Shown: positions 45,143 to 55,122, counted from the stretch's first letter. The stretch: 64,000 nucleotides of DNA from a virus (IMGVR_UViG_3300036831_000148:32001-96000), one strand, 5' to 3'. A program made the numbers and translations. The notes: generated by a model from the sequence alone, not told the origin.

Positions 45143-45561
45143 GCCTGCGCCGCCAGGATGATGCCCGGCATGGTGACGGTGAAGTACTTCACCCGGGCGG
45201 GGTGACCGCCGGACACCAGGTGGCCCTTCTCCGCCGCGCCCAGCAGTTGCGCCTCAACCTGTGGCCGCCTGGAGGCGGGGACGCCGCACTTGGCCATCAG
45301 TGCCTGCCGGCCCGCGTGCGAGCCGATGGCCTTAACAGCGGCGATCTGCCCGGCCGCCGTGACGGTCCCGCACTTGACCGAGACGCGCAGCAGGTCCTTC
45401 TTGGCCTGCTGGGCTGCTGTCGACGTGGCCTCGGCCGACACCCGGGCCGCAGCTGACGCCGCGGGCACGGTGCTCCCGTGCGGGCCGCAGGCGGCAAGCG
45501 CAGCGGCCACGGCGAGCGCCGCGAGCACCAGCCCGAAGGCTCTCCCGATTCGTGATGCCAT
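45139..45561 (-). CDS. lipoprotein
   Basis: signal peptide with LAAC lipobox. Confidence 0.65.
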   Translation of the reverse strand: MASRIGRAFGLVLAALAVAAALAACGPHGSTVPAASAAARVSAEATSTAAQQAKKDLLRVSVKCGTVTAAGQIAAVKAIGSHAGRQALMAKCGVPASRRPQVEAQLLGAAEKGHLVSGGHPARVKYFTVTMPGIILAAQA

Positions 45562-45575
45562 TCTTTTCTCCCGTC

Positions 45576-45815
45576 CTAATCACAGAATGGTCCTGCACTT
45601 GCTACGCCTAACCCCGCCTCCGTGCGGAAGCTGTAGCCGGGCCACTGCGCCGTGAACGTGCACCCGCACTCCGGGCACAGTTGCAGCGCCTCTTCCGGGC
45701 CCTCGTCCTCCGGGTCCTCCGGCTCCAGCCAGGTGCCCTCGAACTCGGTGCCGCACCGCCAGCCCGGGCGACCTGGGCAGGCGATGACAGCGGCGAGGAT
45801 TTTGCGCTCGTGCAC
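45576..45815 (-). CDS. small zinc-ribbon protein
   Basis: CP......CG...CPECG; leaderless from sigmaA promoter. Confidence 0.55.
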   Translation of the reverse strand: MHERKILAAVIACPGRPGWRCGTEFEGTWLEPEDPEDEGPEEALQLCPECGCTFTAQWPGYSFRTEAGLGVASAGPFCD

Positions 45816-45821
45816 AGGATC

Positions 45822-45850
45822 ACCTTAGCGATTCTCTTTACTAGAGTCAA
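45822..45850 (-). promoter_or_regulatory. sigmaA-type promoter with operator variant
   Basis: TTGACT-17-TAAGGT, GTG 6 nt downstream; TTGAC-N4-GTAAA. Confidence 0.7.
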
Positions 45851-45911
45851 GACATGGATCGGCGGCCCCCCGGTCGCCATCGCGTCAGGGGGCCGCCGCG
45901 TCTTTCAGGGG

Positions 45912-47105
45912 TCAGGACTCGCCGGCCGGCGGCGTCCAGTCCTCGGGCAGCAGCCGGCGGCAGCCGGCGGGCAGGCTGCCGTCGCACATGCCGCCGCCCT
46001 GGTGGACGATGCCGCCGGCCAGGTCCAGCAGGCTGCGCACGGCGCGCCAGTTGGTGCCGTTCAGGTTGGCGGTCACCGAGGCGGCGTGCGCCACGTCGTA
46101 CATGGACAGGCGGCCAGGAGTGTCCTCCAGGGCCGACAGGATGCGGAACTTCAGGTCCTTGGCCACCGGGTAGTCCCGGAACAACTGGGCCAGCACCGTG
46201 TTGTAGTCCGCGTCCACCCCGGTCCGGGTGAGCACCTGCAGGCCGTTGAACGCCGCCTCCATGCCGTCCAGGCAGTAGTCGGCCGCCTCGGCCGCCCAGC
46301 CGAACACCGCCTCCGGCGTGGAGCCGCGCCGGTTGAAGCCGCCGAGGCTGCGCTCGACGTCGGTCACCCCGGCGGTGGTGGCCAGCCGGAACATGTAGCC
46401 GGACACCACCGTCTGCTTGGCCCCGATCAGCGAGTTGGACACCTCGATGCCGAAGCACCAGGCGTCGTCGTCCTCGCCGGTCCCGGCGATGACCTGCTGC
46501 GCGGCCGGGAACACCACCCGGAAGCTGGTGTGCTCCAGGTCGTGGAAGATCTTGGGGTCCACCTCCGCGCTGTCGGCGACCGCGTGCCCCAGCTTGGCGC
46601 GCACCGCCAGCAGCACCGTGTCCAGCAGGCGCACGTCGCTGAACGGGGTGATGGTGGCCCGGCACTGGGCGACCGCCAGCGGGCACTCGGTGCCGTCGGA
46701 CTCCCCGGCGGGCGCCGGGCCGCGGCCCGGCGTGCCCGACAGCAGCAGCTTCAGCTCCCGCTCGTCCAGGCCCTCCTGCAGCGCGAAGTTGACGCAGGAG
46801 GTGAGCAGGGCGGGCGGGAGGAACTCCTGGTACTTCTTGTTGAGCTTCGCCGTGGAGGCGAGCATCTGGGCGGCCTGTCGGGTGAGCTGGTAGACCTCGC
46901 CCTCCGGGGTGGTCACCCAGGCGGCGCACGGGTCGGTGAGCGATCCGTAGTCCCAGCCCTTGCCGTACTCGGCGGCCAGGCCCGGGTCCCCGGTCCAGAA
47001 CGTCGCGCAGTCCAGCGGGGCCGCGACCTCCAGTTGCCCCCGCGCCTCTTCCACGGTGAGCAGGCCGGCGGCCTTGGCGTCGAACGGAACGTCGGAGTAG
47101 TCCAT
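45912..47105 (-). CDS. DUF932-like protein
   Basis: GIEVSNSLIG...VSGYMFRL...G; SMYDVAHA; adjacent to recA. Confidence 0.55.
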   Translation of the reverse strand: MDYSDVPFDAKAAGLLTVEEARGQLEVAAPLDCATFWTGDPGLAAEYGKGWDYGSLTDPCAAWVTTPEGEVYQLTRQAAQMLASTAKLNKKYQEFLPPALLTSCVNFALQEGLDERELKLLLSGTPGRGPAPAGESDGTECPLAVAQCRATITPFSDVRLLDTVLLAVRAKLGHAVADSAEVDPKIFHDLEHTSFRVVFPAAQQVIAGTGEDDDAWCFGIEVSNSLIGAKQTVVSGYMFRLATTAGVTDVERSLGGFNRRGSTPEAVFGWAAEAADYCLDGMEAAFNGLQVLTRTGVDADYNTVLAQLFRDYPVAKDLKFRILSALEDTPGRLSMYDVAHAASVTANLNGTNWRAVRSLLDLAGGIVHQGGGMCDGSLPAGCRRLLPEDWTPPAGES

Positions 47106-47113
47106 GGCAGCTA

Positions 47114-48136
47114 CTACGGCTCAGCCGGCGCGGGCGGTTCGGGCGCGGGGACCAGCTTGCGCTCCAGGGCCAGCGCGGTCGCCTCGTTCTCGCGCAGGAA
47201 CGTGACCGCGTTCACCTTGCCCTGGCCGATCTGGTCGCCGTCGTAGGTGTACCAGGCCCCCGACTTGCGGACCAGCCCGGCGTCCACCGCCAGGTCCAGC
47301 AGCTCCCCCTCGCGGGAGATGCCCCGGCCGTACAGCAGGTCGAACTCGGCGGTCTTGAAAGGCGGGCTCAGCTTGTTCTTCACCACCTTCACCCGCGTGC
47401 GGTTGCCGATCGCGTCGGTGCCGTCCTTCAGCGTCTCGATCCGGCGGATGTCCAGCCGGACGGAGGCGTAGAACTTCAGCGCCTTGCCGCCGGTGGTGGT
47501 CTCCGGCGAGCCGAACATCACGCCGACCTTCTCGCGGAGCTGGTTGATGAACACCAGCGTGGTCTTCGTGTCATGGGCGGCGCCGGTGATCTTGCGCAGC
47601 GCCTGGGACATCAGCCGGGCCTGCAGGCCGACGTGGCTGTCGCCCATCTCGCCTTCGATCTCCGCCCTGGGCACCAGGGCGGCCACCGAGTCGATGATGA
47701 TCATCGTCACGTCGCCCGACTTGACCAGCGTGTCAGCGATCTCCAGGGCCTGCTCGCCGGTGTCCGGCTGGGACACCAGCAGGTCGTCGGTGACCACCCC
47801 GAGCGTCGCGGCCCAGTCCGGGTCCAGGGCGTGCTCGGCGTCGATCATCGCGACCGTCCCGCCGGCCCGCTGGGCGCGCCCGGCGGCGGTGAGGGCGATG
47901 GTGGTCTTGCCGGACGACTCCGGCCCGTAGATCTCCACGACCCGGCCGCGCGGCAGGCCCCCGACGCCGAGCGCGAGGTTGACTCCGATGGAGCCGGAGT
48001 CAATGACCTCGATCGGCACCCGCGCCTCGTCGCCCAGGCGCATGATGGCGCCCTTGCCGTACTGCCGCTCGATCTGCGCGAGCGCGGCGTCCAGGCCCTT
48101 CGGCCCCGCCGAAGGCGGTGACCCTACCCTTGGCAC
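47114..48136 (-). CDS. recA: recombinase RecA
   Basis: [35 protein letters not shown]. Confidence 0.95.
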   Translation of the reverse strand: MPRVGSPPSAGPKGLDAALAQIERQYGKGAIMRLGDEARVPIEVIDSGSIGVNLALGVGGLPRGRVVEIYGPESSGKTTIALTAAGRAQRAGGTVAMIDAEHALDPDWAATLGVVTDDLLVSQPDTGEQALEIADTLVKSGDVTMIIIDSVAALVPRAEIEGEMGDSHVGLQARLMSQALRKITGAAHDTKTTLVFINQLREKVGVMFGSPETTTGGKALKFYASVRLDIRRIETLKDGTDAIGNRTRVKVVKNKLSPPFKTAEFDLLYGRGISREGELLDLAVDAGLVRKSGAWYTYDGDQIGQGKVNAVTFLRENEATALALERKLVPAPEPPAPAEP

Positions 48137-48708
48137 CAGTTACCTCCCGGGATGTGCTCCGGCCCGCAGCCGACCTCGGCCAGTTGCTTGCGGATGTCCT
48201 CGAACTCGGTCAGGTGGGCGAGGCGGATGACCGCGCCCGGGGTGTTCAGCAGGTCCCCCGGCCCGAAGCACGGCCAGAGCGACAGCATGTAGTCCGCTGG
48301 CTTGTCCGGGTCAGGCGGGACGTAGTCATCCCCGGTCACCGGGTAGCCCTTCAGGGCCATCACCCGGACTACGCGGGCGTCGTCGGCGTAGGCCCCGCCG
48401 TCCTTGAGGCCGTCACCGACCGCCCGGACCAGCTTGTCCAGGTCCGGCTTGGTGAACGGCCAGTGCGGGCGGCGCTTGGGCGCCGACAGGGGCTTCAGGC
48501 GGGTAAAGGTGACGGCCAGGACGACCGGGCCCTCCATAGGGTCCCGGCCGCCCATGACCGACACGGTCGCCGCGCGGACGTTGGCGCGCCAGTCGTTCTG
48601 GGAGCGCTCGTTGTCCTTCTTCAGCATGGGCCGGCCTGTGCTCTTGCTGATGACGGCCTTGGCGCTGCCCTGGGTGGCGGCGTTCCCGTAAACGACGACC
48701 GTGAGCAC
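48124..48708 (-). CDS. rusA: RusA-like Holliday junction resolvase
   Basis: [19 protein letters not shown]...YADDARVV. Confidence 0.85.
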   Translation of the reverse strand: MLTVVVYGNAATQGSAKAVISKSTGRPMLKKDNERSQNDWRANVRAATVSVMGGRDPMEGPVVLAVTFTRLKPLSAPKRRPHWPFTKPDLDKLVRAVGDGLKDGGAYADDARVVRVMALKGYPVTGDDYVPPDPDKPADYMLSLWPCFGPGDLLNTPGAVIRLAHLTEFEDIRKQLAEVGCGPEHIPGGNWCQG

Positions 48709-48713
48709 GGCGG

Positions 48714-49901
48714 TTAGCTGGCCTCGTCGATGATCTGCTCGAACGTCTTGGCCCCCGGCCTGGGGCCAGCAGCAGCCGGGACAGGCTCCCGGGCCCCGCC
48801 GAACGGGTCGTCCGGCATCTCCGGCGCTCCGGCGCCAGCGGCACTCGCCGGCTGCGCGGGGGCGCCCCCGGCGAACGGGTCGTCCGCGGGGGCGGCAGGC
48901 GGGGCTGCGGCAGGCGCTGCCGCTGGAGCGGCGAACGGGTCGCCCGCGGCATCTGCCGCCTTCTCAGCGCGCTGCGCGGGCGACATGAACTCCTCGCTGC
49001 CTCCCGGGTGCTCGGCCAGCATTTCATCCAGGGTCTTGTCCAGGTCCGGCGCCGCGCCGGACACCGGGCCGGACCCGGTCGGGTCCTGCCGGGCGGTGCC
49101 CCACGTCTCAGCCTGGCGCCAGCGCCGCTCGGCGTCGCTCACGTCGCGGGTCATGTACTCGCGGTCGCCGGGGCCGAACCGGCCGCAGGCGGACTTCATC
49201 TGGTTGTCAGTCGGCCGGTTCGCCTCGTTGGCCCACAGGGCCCCGATCAGGGCGAATACCTGCTGGTCACGGTAGGCGGGGCGCATCGGGGGCTTGAAAG
49301 TCAGCCGCTGGAAGCCGCCGTCCTCGCAGTACAGCACCAAGTCGGCCTGCTTGAGGGAGATCTCGGCGTCCGGCCCGAGGTCAAGCAGCTCCCGGATGGC
49401 GCCCTTGTTCTCCATCAGCGCGTTGTACATCTTCTGGGTGAGCTTGAGGATGAACAGCGCCGCGCCGGGCGGGTCCTGGATCTCGGTGCCCGACCGGCGC
49501 CGGGGGGTGTACTTGATGACCGGCACCGCGAACCGGCGGGACGGCAGCATGTCCCGCGTGCCGCGGGCGGCGGACGCGCAGGCCGGGCAGCGGTCAGGGT
49601 CCAGGCCCTTGCCCGTGCCCTCAATGACGGCGTAGTCGCCGAGGCAGATGCGCTGGCCGACGAAAGTCAGCGCGAAGTCCTGGCCCCAGACAGTGCCGTC
49701 CTTGCGCTTCTTGTCCTCGATGACCGGCGAGCCGTCCTCGTTGATGACGGGAGCACGGATGCTGTGCACGTACTCCCACCAGATCTCGTCCTCGTTGGGG
49801 ATGGTGAACCGGGCGTACTCGCCGGTCTCCAGCTTCATCGCCGGGAACTGCTCCTCGTTGGCGGTGTCCTTGTAGTCGTCGCTCAGCCGCGCCTTTGGCA
49901 T
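48714..49901 (-). CDS. putative ssDNA-binding protein
   Basis: gp32-like layout, CPAC, acidic DPF-repeat tail, next to recombination genes. Confidence 0.55.
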   Translation of the reverse strand: MPKARLSDDYKDTANEEQFPAMKLETGEYARFTIPNEDEIWWEYVHSIRAPVINEDGSPVIEDKKRKDGTVWGQDFALTFVGQRICLGDYAVIEGTGKGLDPDRCPACASAARGTRDMLPSRRFAVPVIKYTPRRRSGTEIQDPPGAALFILKLTQKMYNALMENKGAIRELLDLGPDAEISLKQADLVLYCEDGGFQRLTFKPPMRPAYRDQQVFALIGALWANEANRPTDNQMKSACGRFGPGDREYMTRDVSDAERRWRQAETWGTARQDPTGSGPVSGAAPDLDKTLDEMLAEHPGGSEEFMSPAQRAEKAADAAGDPFAAPAAAPAAAPPAAPADDPFAGGAPAQPASAAGAGAPEMPDDPFGGAREPVPAAAGPRPGAKTFEQIIDEAS

Positions 49902-49963
49902 CTGGTCTCCTGTTCAGGCTCCGAACTTCCCTGCCTCCTACTACGTCCGGGGCCGCCGCGCCC

Positions 49964-50125
49964 TCAGTGGTCGGAGACGAAGCGGTACGACTGGGTCTCG
50001 GTGTCGAACTCCACCCGGTCCACGTCGTACCACCAGCGCTCTACCGGGTCAGGGAGCTGCACCTTCCCGCGCCCGAACTCGTGCTGCAGGCGCTCCAGCT
50101 CCTCCAGGAGATCGTCGGAGTACAA
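49964..50125 (-). CDS. hypothetical 53-aa protein
   Basis: TTG start with SD AAGGGA; MYSDDLLEELERLQHEFG... Confidence 0.55.
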   Translation of the reverse strand: MYSDDLLEELERLQHEFGRGKVQLPDPVERWWYDVDRVEFDTETQSYRFVSDH

Positions 50126-50166
50126 GGCCGTTCCCTTCGCCAGCGGATTTGGCGGAGCGATCGGCG

Positions 50167-50679
50167 TCAGCGCTCCAGGTTCGTCTCCCAGGGCAGGTAG
50201 CGCAGCCGGGCGAGCAGTTCCTCGCGGACGTTGAGCAGGCCGAAGTAGGCGAGGTTCACCAGTTCCTCGGCCTCCTTGACGACCGCCAGGGCGGCCTCGG
50301 CCTGGCGGGCCGCCCGGCGGGCGGGGCTGCCCTGGGTGCGCGCCACCACCTCGCGGTCCCGGACGCTCTCGTACTCCCGGCGCATCGCCTGGCCCGACGT
50401 CTTCACCAGGGCCGCGTCGTAGGCGTCGTCGGCCTCCTCGCCGCGCCTGGCGGCTACCCGGGCAGCCATGCGGCGCCGGCGGATCATCTCAGCCCGCAGC
50501 GGCTCGGCCAGGTCCAGCCGGGCGCGCACGTCCAGCAAGGCCGCGTGCACCGCCGTGGGGTCGGCGTCGGCGGGGGGCAGGCCGACCGCGCGCAGCATGC
50601 CGATCTTCTCCACCAGCTCTCCGCACGAGGCGGCAACCGCCTCCTCGTGGCTGGTCAGGCCGTCGTCCCCGGCAGTCAC
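50167..50679 (-). CDS. hypothetical coiled-coil protein
   Basis: 170 aa helical. Confidence 0.55.
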   Translation of the reverse strand: MTAGDDGLTSHEEAVAASCGELVEKIGMLRAVGLPPADADPTAVHAALLDVRARLDLAEPLRAEMIRRRRMAARVAARRGEEADDAYDAALVKTSGQAMRREYESVRDREVVARTQGSPARRAARQAEAALAVVKEAEELVNLAYFGLLNVREELLARLRYLPWETNLER

Positions 50680-50990
50680 TCCGGCGCCGGGGGCGGCGCG
50701 TACTTGGCGAGCACGAGGTCCCGCTCGGCGCGGTGCTCGCGGACCTTGATCATGTGGCCCTGGCGGGCCGCGCTGTCCTCCGGCTCGCGCATTCCCCGGG
50801 AATGGTGCACGAAGGCCATTCCGTCGTTGTCCAGGGCCTTGTAGACATCCTGGGTGGTCATCCGGCTCGCTACTGCCACCGGGTCTTCCACCCCGCGCTC
50901 CGCCAGCATGCGCAGCAGGTCAACCTCCTGCGCCGTGACGTCAAAGCGCACCTTGCCGTAGTCCTCAGACCAGCCGTTGTTAACTTCCAT
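50676..50990 (-). CDS. hypothetical protein
   Basis: 104 aa; TGTAGT box 7 nt upstream. Confidence 0.6.
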   Translation of the reverse strand: MEVNNGWSEDYGKVRFDVTAQEVDLLRMLAERGVEDPVAVASRMTTQDVYKALDNDGMAFVHHSRGMREPEDSAARQGHMIKVREHRAERDLVLAKYAPPPAPE

Positions 50991-50998
50991 GCCCGTTA

Positions 50999-53497
50999 CT
51001 ACACCGCAAGCCCGTCAAGCAGGCGCGCGGCGCCCTCCGCGTCCTGGTCCCAGCGGACCCGGGCCGGCATCCCGGCTGCCAGGGACGCCTGTCCCTCGTC
51101 CTGCGGGGTGAGCCCGCAGGTGAACCCGGCCTCGATCGAGCTGCCGTCCGGCATCCGGATCTCCACCGGGTTCTCGCCTGGCAGCGACTTCAGGAACCCG
51201 GCGAGCTGCAGCACCTGCTCGCGCGCCGGCGAGGCAGGGAGGAAGATCACCACGCGGCGCGGCGGGCCTGCGTCCCACTTGCGGGCCGGGGGCTCCAGGA
51301 CGGGCGGGGCAGGCTCCTGCAGCGGCGGCTCGGCCGGCTTCGGCTCAGGCTCGGGGAGGTCGGAGGTGAGGCAGATTTCCCCGTCTTCGAGCACCGTAAT
51401 CTCCTTGACGCTCCCCCACGACCGGCCGATGTGCCAGTCCGCCACCATCGGGGGCCAGGGAACGCCCGGCCCCTTCACCTCGTAGACCACGGCAGGCGCC
51501 AGCGCGGCGATGACCTCCTGGGGCGTCACGTCGCCCCGCACCTCGAATTCAAGCGCGTCGTGCACGTTCATAATCAGCCGGACCCGGTCCGACAGCCCGG
51601 CCCTATCCAGCGCGCGCAGCGCCCGGACCATGGCCATCTTCACGTACTCGCCGGTAGCCGGGCCCTGGATTACCGCGTTGCCCGCTGTCCGCTCACCAGC
51701 TGCCTGCACCCGGCGGGACGGGTTGTCAAACTCCCAGATCCGCACCTTGCGGCCGAACTTGGTAATGACGTACCCGTCGCGGCGGGCCTGGCGGATGACC
51801 GAGCGGGAGTACGGCTTCAGTTGCGGGTAGGCGGCGTGGTAGGCGGTGAACAGCGCCTCCGCCGCCTCCACGGGGATGCCCAGTTGCTGGGCCATGCCGC
51901 CGGCGGTCTGGCCGTAAACGGTGGCGAAGTTCATCCGCTTTCCGGTGTCCTTGCGCTGCGCCTTCGTCACCTGGGACATCGCGATGCCGAGCATCAGCGA
52001 CGCGGTCAGCTTGTGCACGTCCTCGCCGCGGGCGAACGCCTCCACCAGCGCGGTCACGCCAGCCTCGGCGGCGGTCACCCTCAGTTCGATCTGGCTGTAG
52101 TCGAACCCGAGGATGTAGTACCCGTGCTGGTCAGGCTCCAGCGGGCCGGCGTACCCGGCTTCCTGCAGCACCAGCGCCCACCACGGGAGGGTGCCCGGCC
52201 CGGTGGCCACCAGGGCGTCACGGAAGTTGAAGTCAAACCGCTCGCCGCTGCGCAGCTCGTAGTGGTACTCGCCGGGGGACTGCTGGTAGTTGGGGGCCTC
52301 GCAGGAGAACCGGCCCGCGATGGTGCCGTGCTGCAGCAGGGACGGGTGCGCGCGGCCATCGGCTGCCCAGGAGTACTTGCCCTCGTAGATGTCCAGGAAC
52401 TTCAGCCGCAGGTCGTGCAGCCGCTTCCAGGACAGGTACTTCTTGACCTCCGGGTACTTGGCGGCCAACTGGGGCAGCGCCCGCTTGGCGTCCACGCTGG
52501 GAGCGCCGGACTCGGTATGGTGCATCACCGGCATACCGCACTGGACGTAGAGCAGGTCAGCCAGTTGCTTGGAGGAGTTGAAGTTGAAACCGGACGCCAG
52601 CCGCGCCCCGGCGAGGGCCTCGAAGTCCTCGATCACCTCGGCGAGCAGCTTCTCGGCGAACTCGCGGATCTCCGCCGACTTGGCCCGCAGCAGGTTCCAG
52701 TCGTAGCAGATGCCGGTGTCCGCCATCTCGCACACGATGGGCAGGACCTGCATCTCCAGCTTGTAGATGAACGTGTTCCGCACTTTCGGCCAGCGGTACA
52801 GGTGGTGCCGCAGCGCCTCCACCGCGTCCTCGCACATGTAGGCGCAGACCTCGGGGTCAGCCGGGTCGAACACGTTGAACCGGACGGAGTTCATCTCCTT
52901 CTCCGTCGGCGGGCGGCCGATGACGACCGTCAGCAGGTCAGCGAGCGAGCGCATCTGGTAGCCGAAATTCGCCAGCGTCGCCGCCTTCAGGCCGTGGCTC
53001 TTGTTCTCGCCCTCGGCGAACGACTCCAGCAGCGTGCAGGACCGCACCGGGAAGTAGCCGCGGGCGGCCACCACCGCTGCCCCGAGCAGCGGGTGGTCGT
53101 GCAGGTTGCGCAGGAAGAACCGCGACAGCCAGCGGAGCTCGGCGACCGCGCCGTGCGCCACTCCCAGCGGCAGCCCGTCGTCGTCAGTAGCGTGCAGCAT
53201 CTGCCAGAACAAGGCGGCTGCCGCCTTGTTGTCCACGTTGGGGGCCGAGTCAAAGGCCAGCGGCACCGCGCGCGCCCAGTTGAGGCTGTTGGTGAACTGG
53301 AAACTGACCACCATGTTGGCCTCGGCCCGCAGCGACATGCCCTCGCGGGATTCCCCGTGGTAGCCGGTTTCCACGTCAAAGCCGAAGGGCTTCCTCTCGG
53401 CGATGACCGCCTTAACCCGGTCCTCAAGCTCGGCCAGGTCGGTGAGCAGCGCGCTGCTCGGCATCACCCGGGCCGGAGACTCCGCCACGGCGGTCAC
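50999..53497 (-). CDS. polA: DNA polymerase, family A
   Basis: exo FDVETG; TIAGRFSC..PNYQQ; DYSQIELR; K..NF...YG; NVHDAL. Confidence 0.9.
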   Translation of the reverse strand: MTAVAESPARVMPSSALLTDLAELEDRVKAVIAERKPFGFDVETGYHGESREGMSLRAEANMVVSFQFTNSLNWARAVPLAFDSAPNVDNKAAAALFWQMLHATDDDGLPLGVAHGAVAELRWLSRFFLRNLHDHPLLGAAVVAARGYFPVRSCTLLESFAEGENKSHGLKAATLANFGYQMRSLADLLTVVIGRPPTEKEMNSVRFNVFDPADPEVCAYMCEDAVEALRHHLYRWPKVRNTFIYKLEMQVLPIVCEMADTGICYDWNLLRAKSAEIREFAEKLLAEVIEDFEALAGARLASGFNFNSSKQLADLLYVQCGMPVMHHTESGAPSVDAKRALPQLAAKYPEVKKYLSWKRLHDLRLKFLDIYEGKYSWAADGRAHPSLLQHGTIAGRFSCEAPNYQQSPGEYHYELRSGERFDFNFRDALVATGPGTLPWWALVLQEAGYAGPLEPDQHGYYILGFDYSQIELRVTAAEAGVTALVEAFARGEDVHKLTASLMLGIAMSQVTKAQRKDTGKRMNFATVYGQTAGGMAQQLGIPVEAAEALFTAYHAAYPQLKPYSRSVIRQARRDGYVITKFGRKVRIWEFDNPSRRVQAAGERTAGNAVIQGPATGEYVKMAMVRALRALDRAGLSDRVRLIMNVHDALEFEVRGDVTPQEVIAALAPAVVYEVKGPGVPWPPMVADWHIGRSWGSVKEITVLEDGEICLTSDLPEPEPKPAEPPLQEPAPPVLEPPARKWDAGPPRRVVIFLPASPAREQVLQLAGFLKSLPGENPVEIRMPDGSSIEAGFTCGLTPQDEGQASLAAGMPARVRWDQDAEGAARLLDGLAV

Positions 53498-53718
53498 AGC
53501 CCGGCCTCGCACAGCCTGCAGGTGGTCGCTGTCGCCATCTTCTCCTCCTCGAAAAGGCACCCGCACAACTGGCACCACCAGGTACTGGCCCGGCGGGCCC
53601 GCTCCGCGCACTCGCGCCCGTACAGCAGGCCGCCTACCTCCGTGCACGCCGACCGGCGGCGCAGGTGGCGGCAGCCGAAGCAGCGGACCCAGACCGGCGG
53701 CAGCGCTCGCATCGTCAT
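53494..53718 (-). CDS. Cys-rich zinc-finger protein
   Basis: several CxxC pairs. Confidence 0.55.
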   Translation of the reverse strand: MTMRALPPVWVRCFGCRHLRRRSACTEVGGLLYGRECAERARRASTWWCQLCGCLFEEEKMATATTCRLCEAGL

Positions 53719-53722
53719 ACGG

Positions 53723-53911
53723 TCACTCCGGAAGGGCGATGTCCCGGTCGGCCAGGCGGCGGCGCACCTGGCCGAACTGCACAGGCGTGACTACGTCTAG
53801 CAGCGCGGCGACCACCTCCAGGAGGCCGTCCCGCTCGCGGGTCGCCTCGTCCAGTTCCATCTGGACGCTTCGCGCGTGCACCCGGATCGCCTCGCATTCC
53901 TCGCAGTCCAT
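53723..53911 (-). CDS. hypothetical protein
   Basis: 62 aa, CEEC, coiled coil. Confidence 0.55.
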   Translation of the reverse strand: MDCEECEAIRVHARSVQMELDEATRERDGLLEVVAALLDVVTPVQFGQVRRRLADRDIALPE

Positions 53912-53943
53912 GTCCCCAGGGGTTCCCGTATCCTGTTACGCCG

Positions 53944-54882
53944 CTACCACAGCGCCGCCAGGCTTTCGGCCACCCCGGCGGACGCCCCGGCCCGCCAGGC
54001 GGCGTCCGCGGCGGCGAGCAGGGCACGGCAGCGGCGCACCCGGTCGGGCCCGTAACGGGCCAGGTGCGGGATAACCCGGTTGGCGGCGAACCGCTCCGCC
54101 TTCAGCCAGGAGGCCGCCTCTCTGGGGGTCAGCCCCTGGCGCGTGCCGTCGGCGACCAGTTCGACCGCGGCCAGCCGGGACGACAGCAGGCCGATGACCA
54201 TCCCCAGGTCGCCGCGAGCAAGCGCGCGGGCGGCAGCGGCGGCGCCCGCGCGGTCCCCGGCCATCAGCCGGTCGGTGAAGTCACCGCCCGGATCAGGCGG
54301 GCAGACGACCGCCAGCGAGGCGGGCTGCGGGTCCAGGCCGGCGAGGCGGGCCTGCTCGCACGCCAGCCAGGCCCCGCTCAGCCCGCCGCCGCGCGTCAGC
54401 ACCTCGTAGGCGAGGTTCAGCGAGACCCCCGGCCACCAGGAGGCCACCAGGGCAGTCTGGTCCTCCAGGGACGACGGCGCGCAGCACCGGACAAGCTGCC
54501 CGGACCGCGACGACTGCAGCGCCGCCAGGTGCGGGGCAAGCTGCCCGTCGTCGCGCGCGAAGTCGTCGTCGCCGGAGACGAACGTCACGTAGGCGGTGTC
54601 CAGCTCTCCGGCCGTGGCGAGCAGCGTGACGTTCCCGGTGGCCTTCAGCCGCTCGGCCCCGTACACCGTCACCCGGCGCCCGCCCGGCGGCGGGACCGAC
54701 AGCAGCAGGTTCCACACGTCCCGCTCGGGCACCTCTCCGGCGAACAAGGCCGAGCACTGGTCCGGCGGCGCGCCCGCCCGGTGCTCGGCCACCACCTCGC
54801 GGGCCAGGACGTGCTCGGCACCGCAGACCCACGTGAGCGGCCGGACAGTCTTCTTGCGGGACCACTGCAGGTAAGTTGCCAA
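53944..54882 (-). CDS. clamp-loader delta-like subunit (HolA-like)
   Basis: 312 aa; WVCGAE.VL, RRVTVYGAERL, F.D.L..GD...A pattern; context. Confidence 0.6.
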   Translation of the reverse strand: MATYLQWSRKKTVRPLTWVCGAEHVLAREVVAEHRAGAPPDQCSALFAGEVPERDVWNLLLSVPPPGGRRVTVYGAERLKATGNVTLLATAGELDTAYVTFVSGDDDFARDDGQLAPHLAALQSSRSGQLVRCCAPSSLEDQTALVASWWPGVSLNLAYEVLTRGGGLSGAWLACEQARLAGLDPQPASLAVVCPPDPGGDFTDRLMAGDRAGAAAAARALARGDLGMVIGLLSSRLAAVELVADGTRQGLTPREAASWLKAERFAANRVIPHLARYGPDRVRRCRALLAAADAAWRAGASAGVAESLAALW

Positions 54883-55117
54883 GACGGGCCAGCCATTCCG
54901 CCACAGCCTCCACCAGGTCCGACGACGGGGGGACGGAGCCGCAGTCGCTCCACTTGACGAACCCCAGCCGGATCCTGGCTACCTGGGCGGTGCCGTTCAG
55001 CTTCACCACGGCCCAGCCGTTGTGCTCGCCGGCCTCCGTCCAGGCGGCTTCTTCCTCTGCCTCGGTAGCTCGTTCGTAAGAGACCGTCAGGCCGAGGGGG
55101 ATGGTCGCGTTGTCCAT
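54293..55117 (-). CDS. hypothetical protein (coding-like portion 81 aa, ends at TTA 54872-54874)
   Basis: ATG 55117; beyond TTA, 192 codons overlap the holA-like gene out of frame. Confidence 0.5.
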   Translation of the reverse strand: MDNATIPLGLTVSYERATEAEEEAAWTEAGEHNGWAVVKLNGTAQVARIRLGFVKWSDCGSVPPSSDLVEAVAEWLARLGNLPAVVPQEDCPAAHVGLRCRARPGPRGGGRAPGGRAAGPVLGLVRRRGARAGRVEPAAVGPAAGRAPGDGVRGRAAEGHRERHAARHGRRAGHRLRDVRLRRRRLRARRRAACPAPGGAAVVAVRAACPVLRAVVPGGPDCPGGLLVAGGLAEPRLRGADARRRAERGLAGVRAGPPRRPGPAARLAGGRLPA

Positions 55118-55122
55118 GCCCT

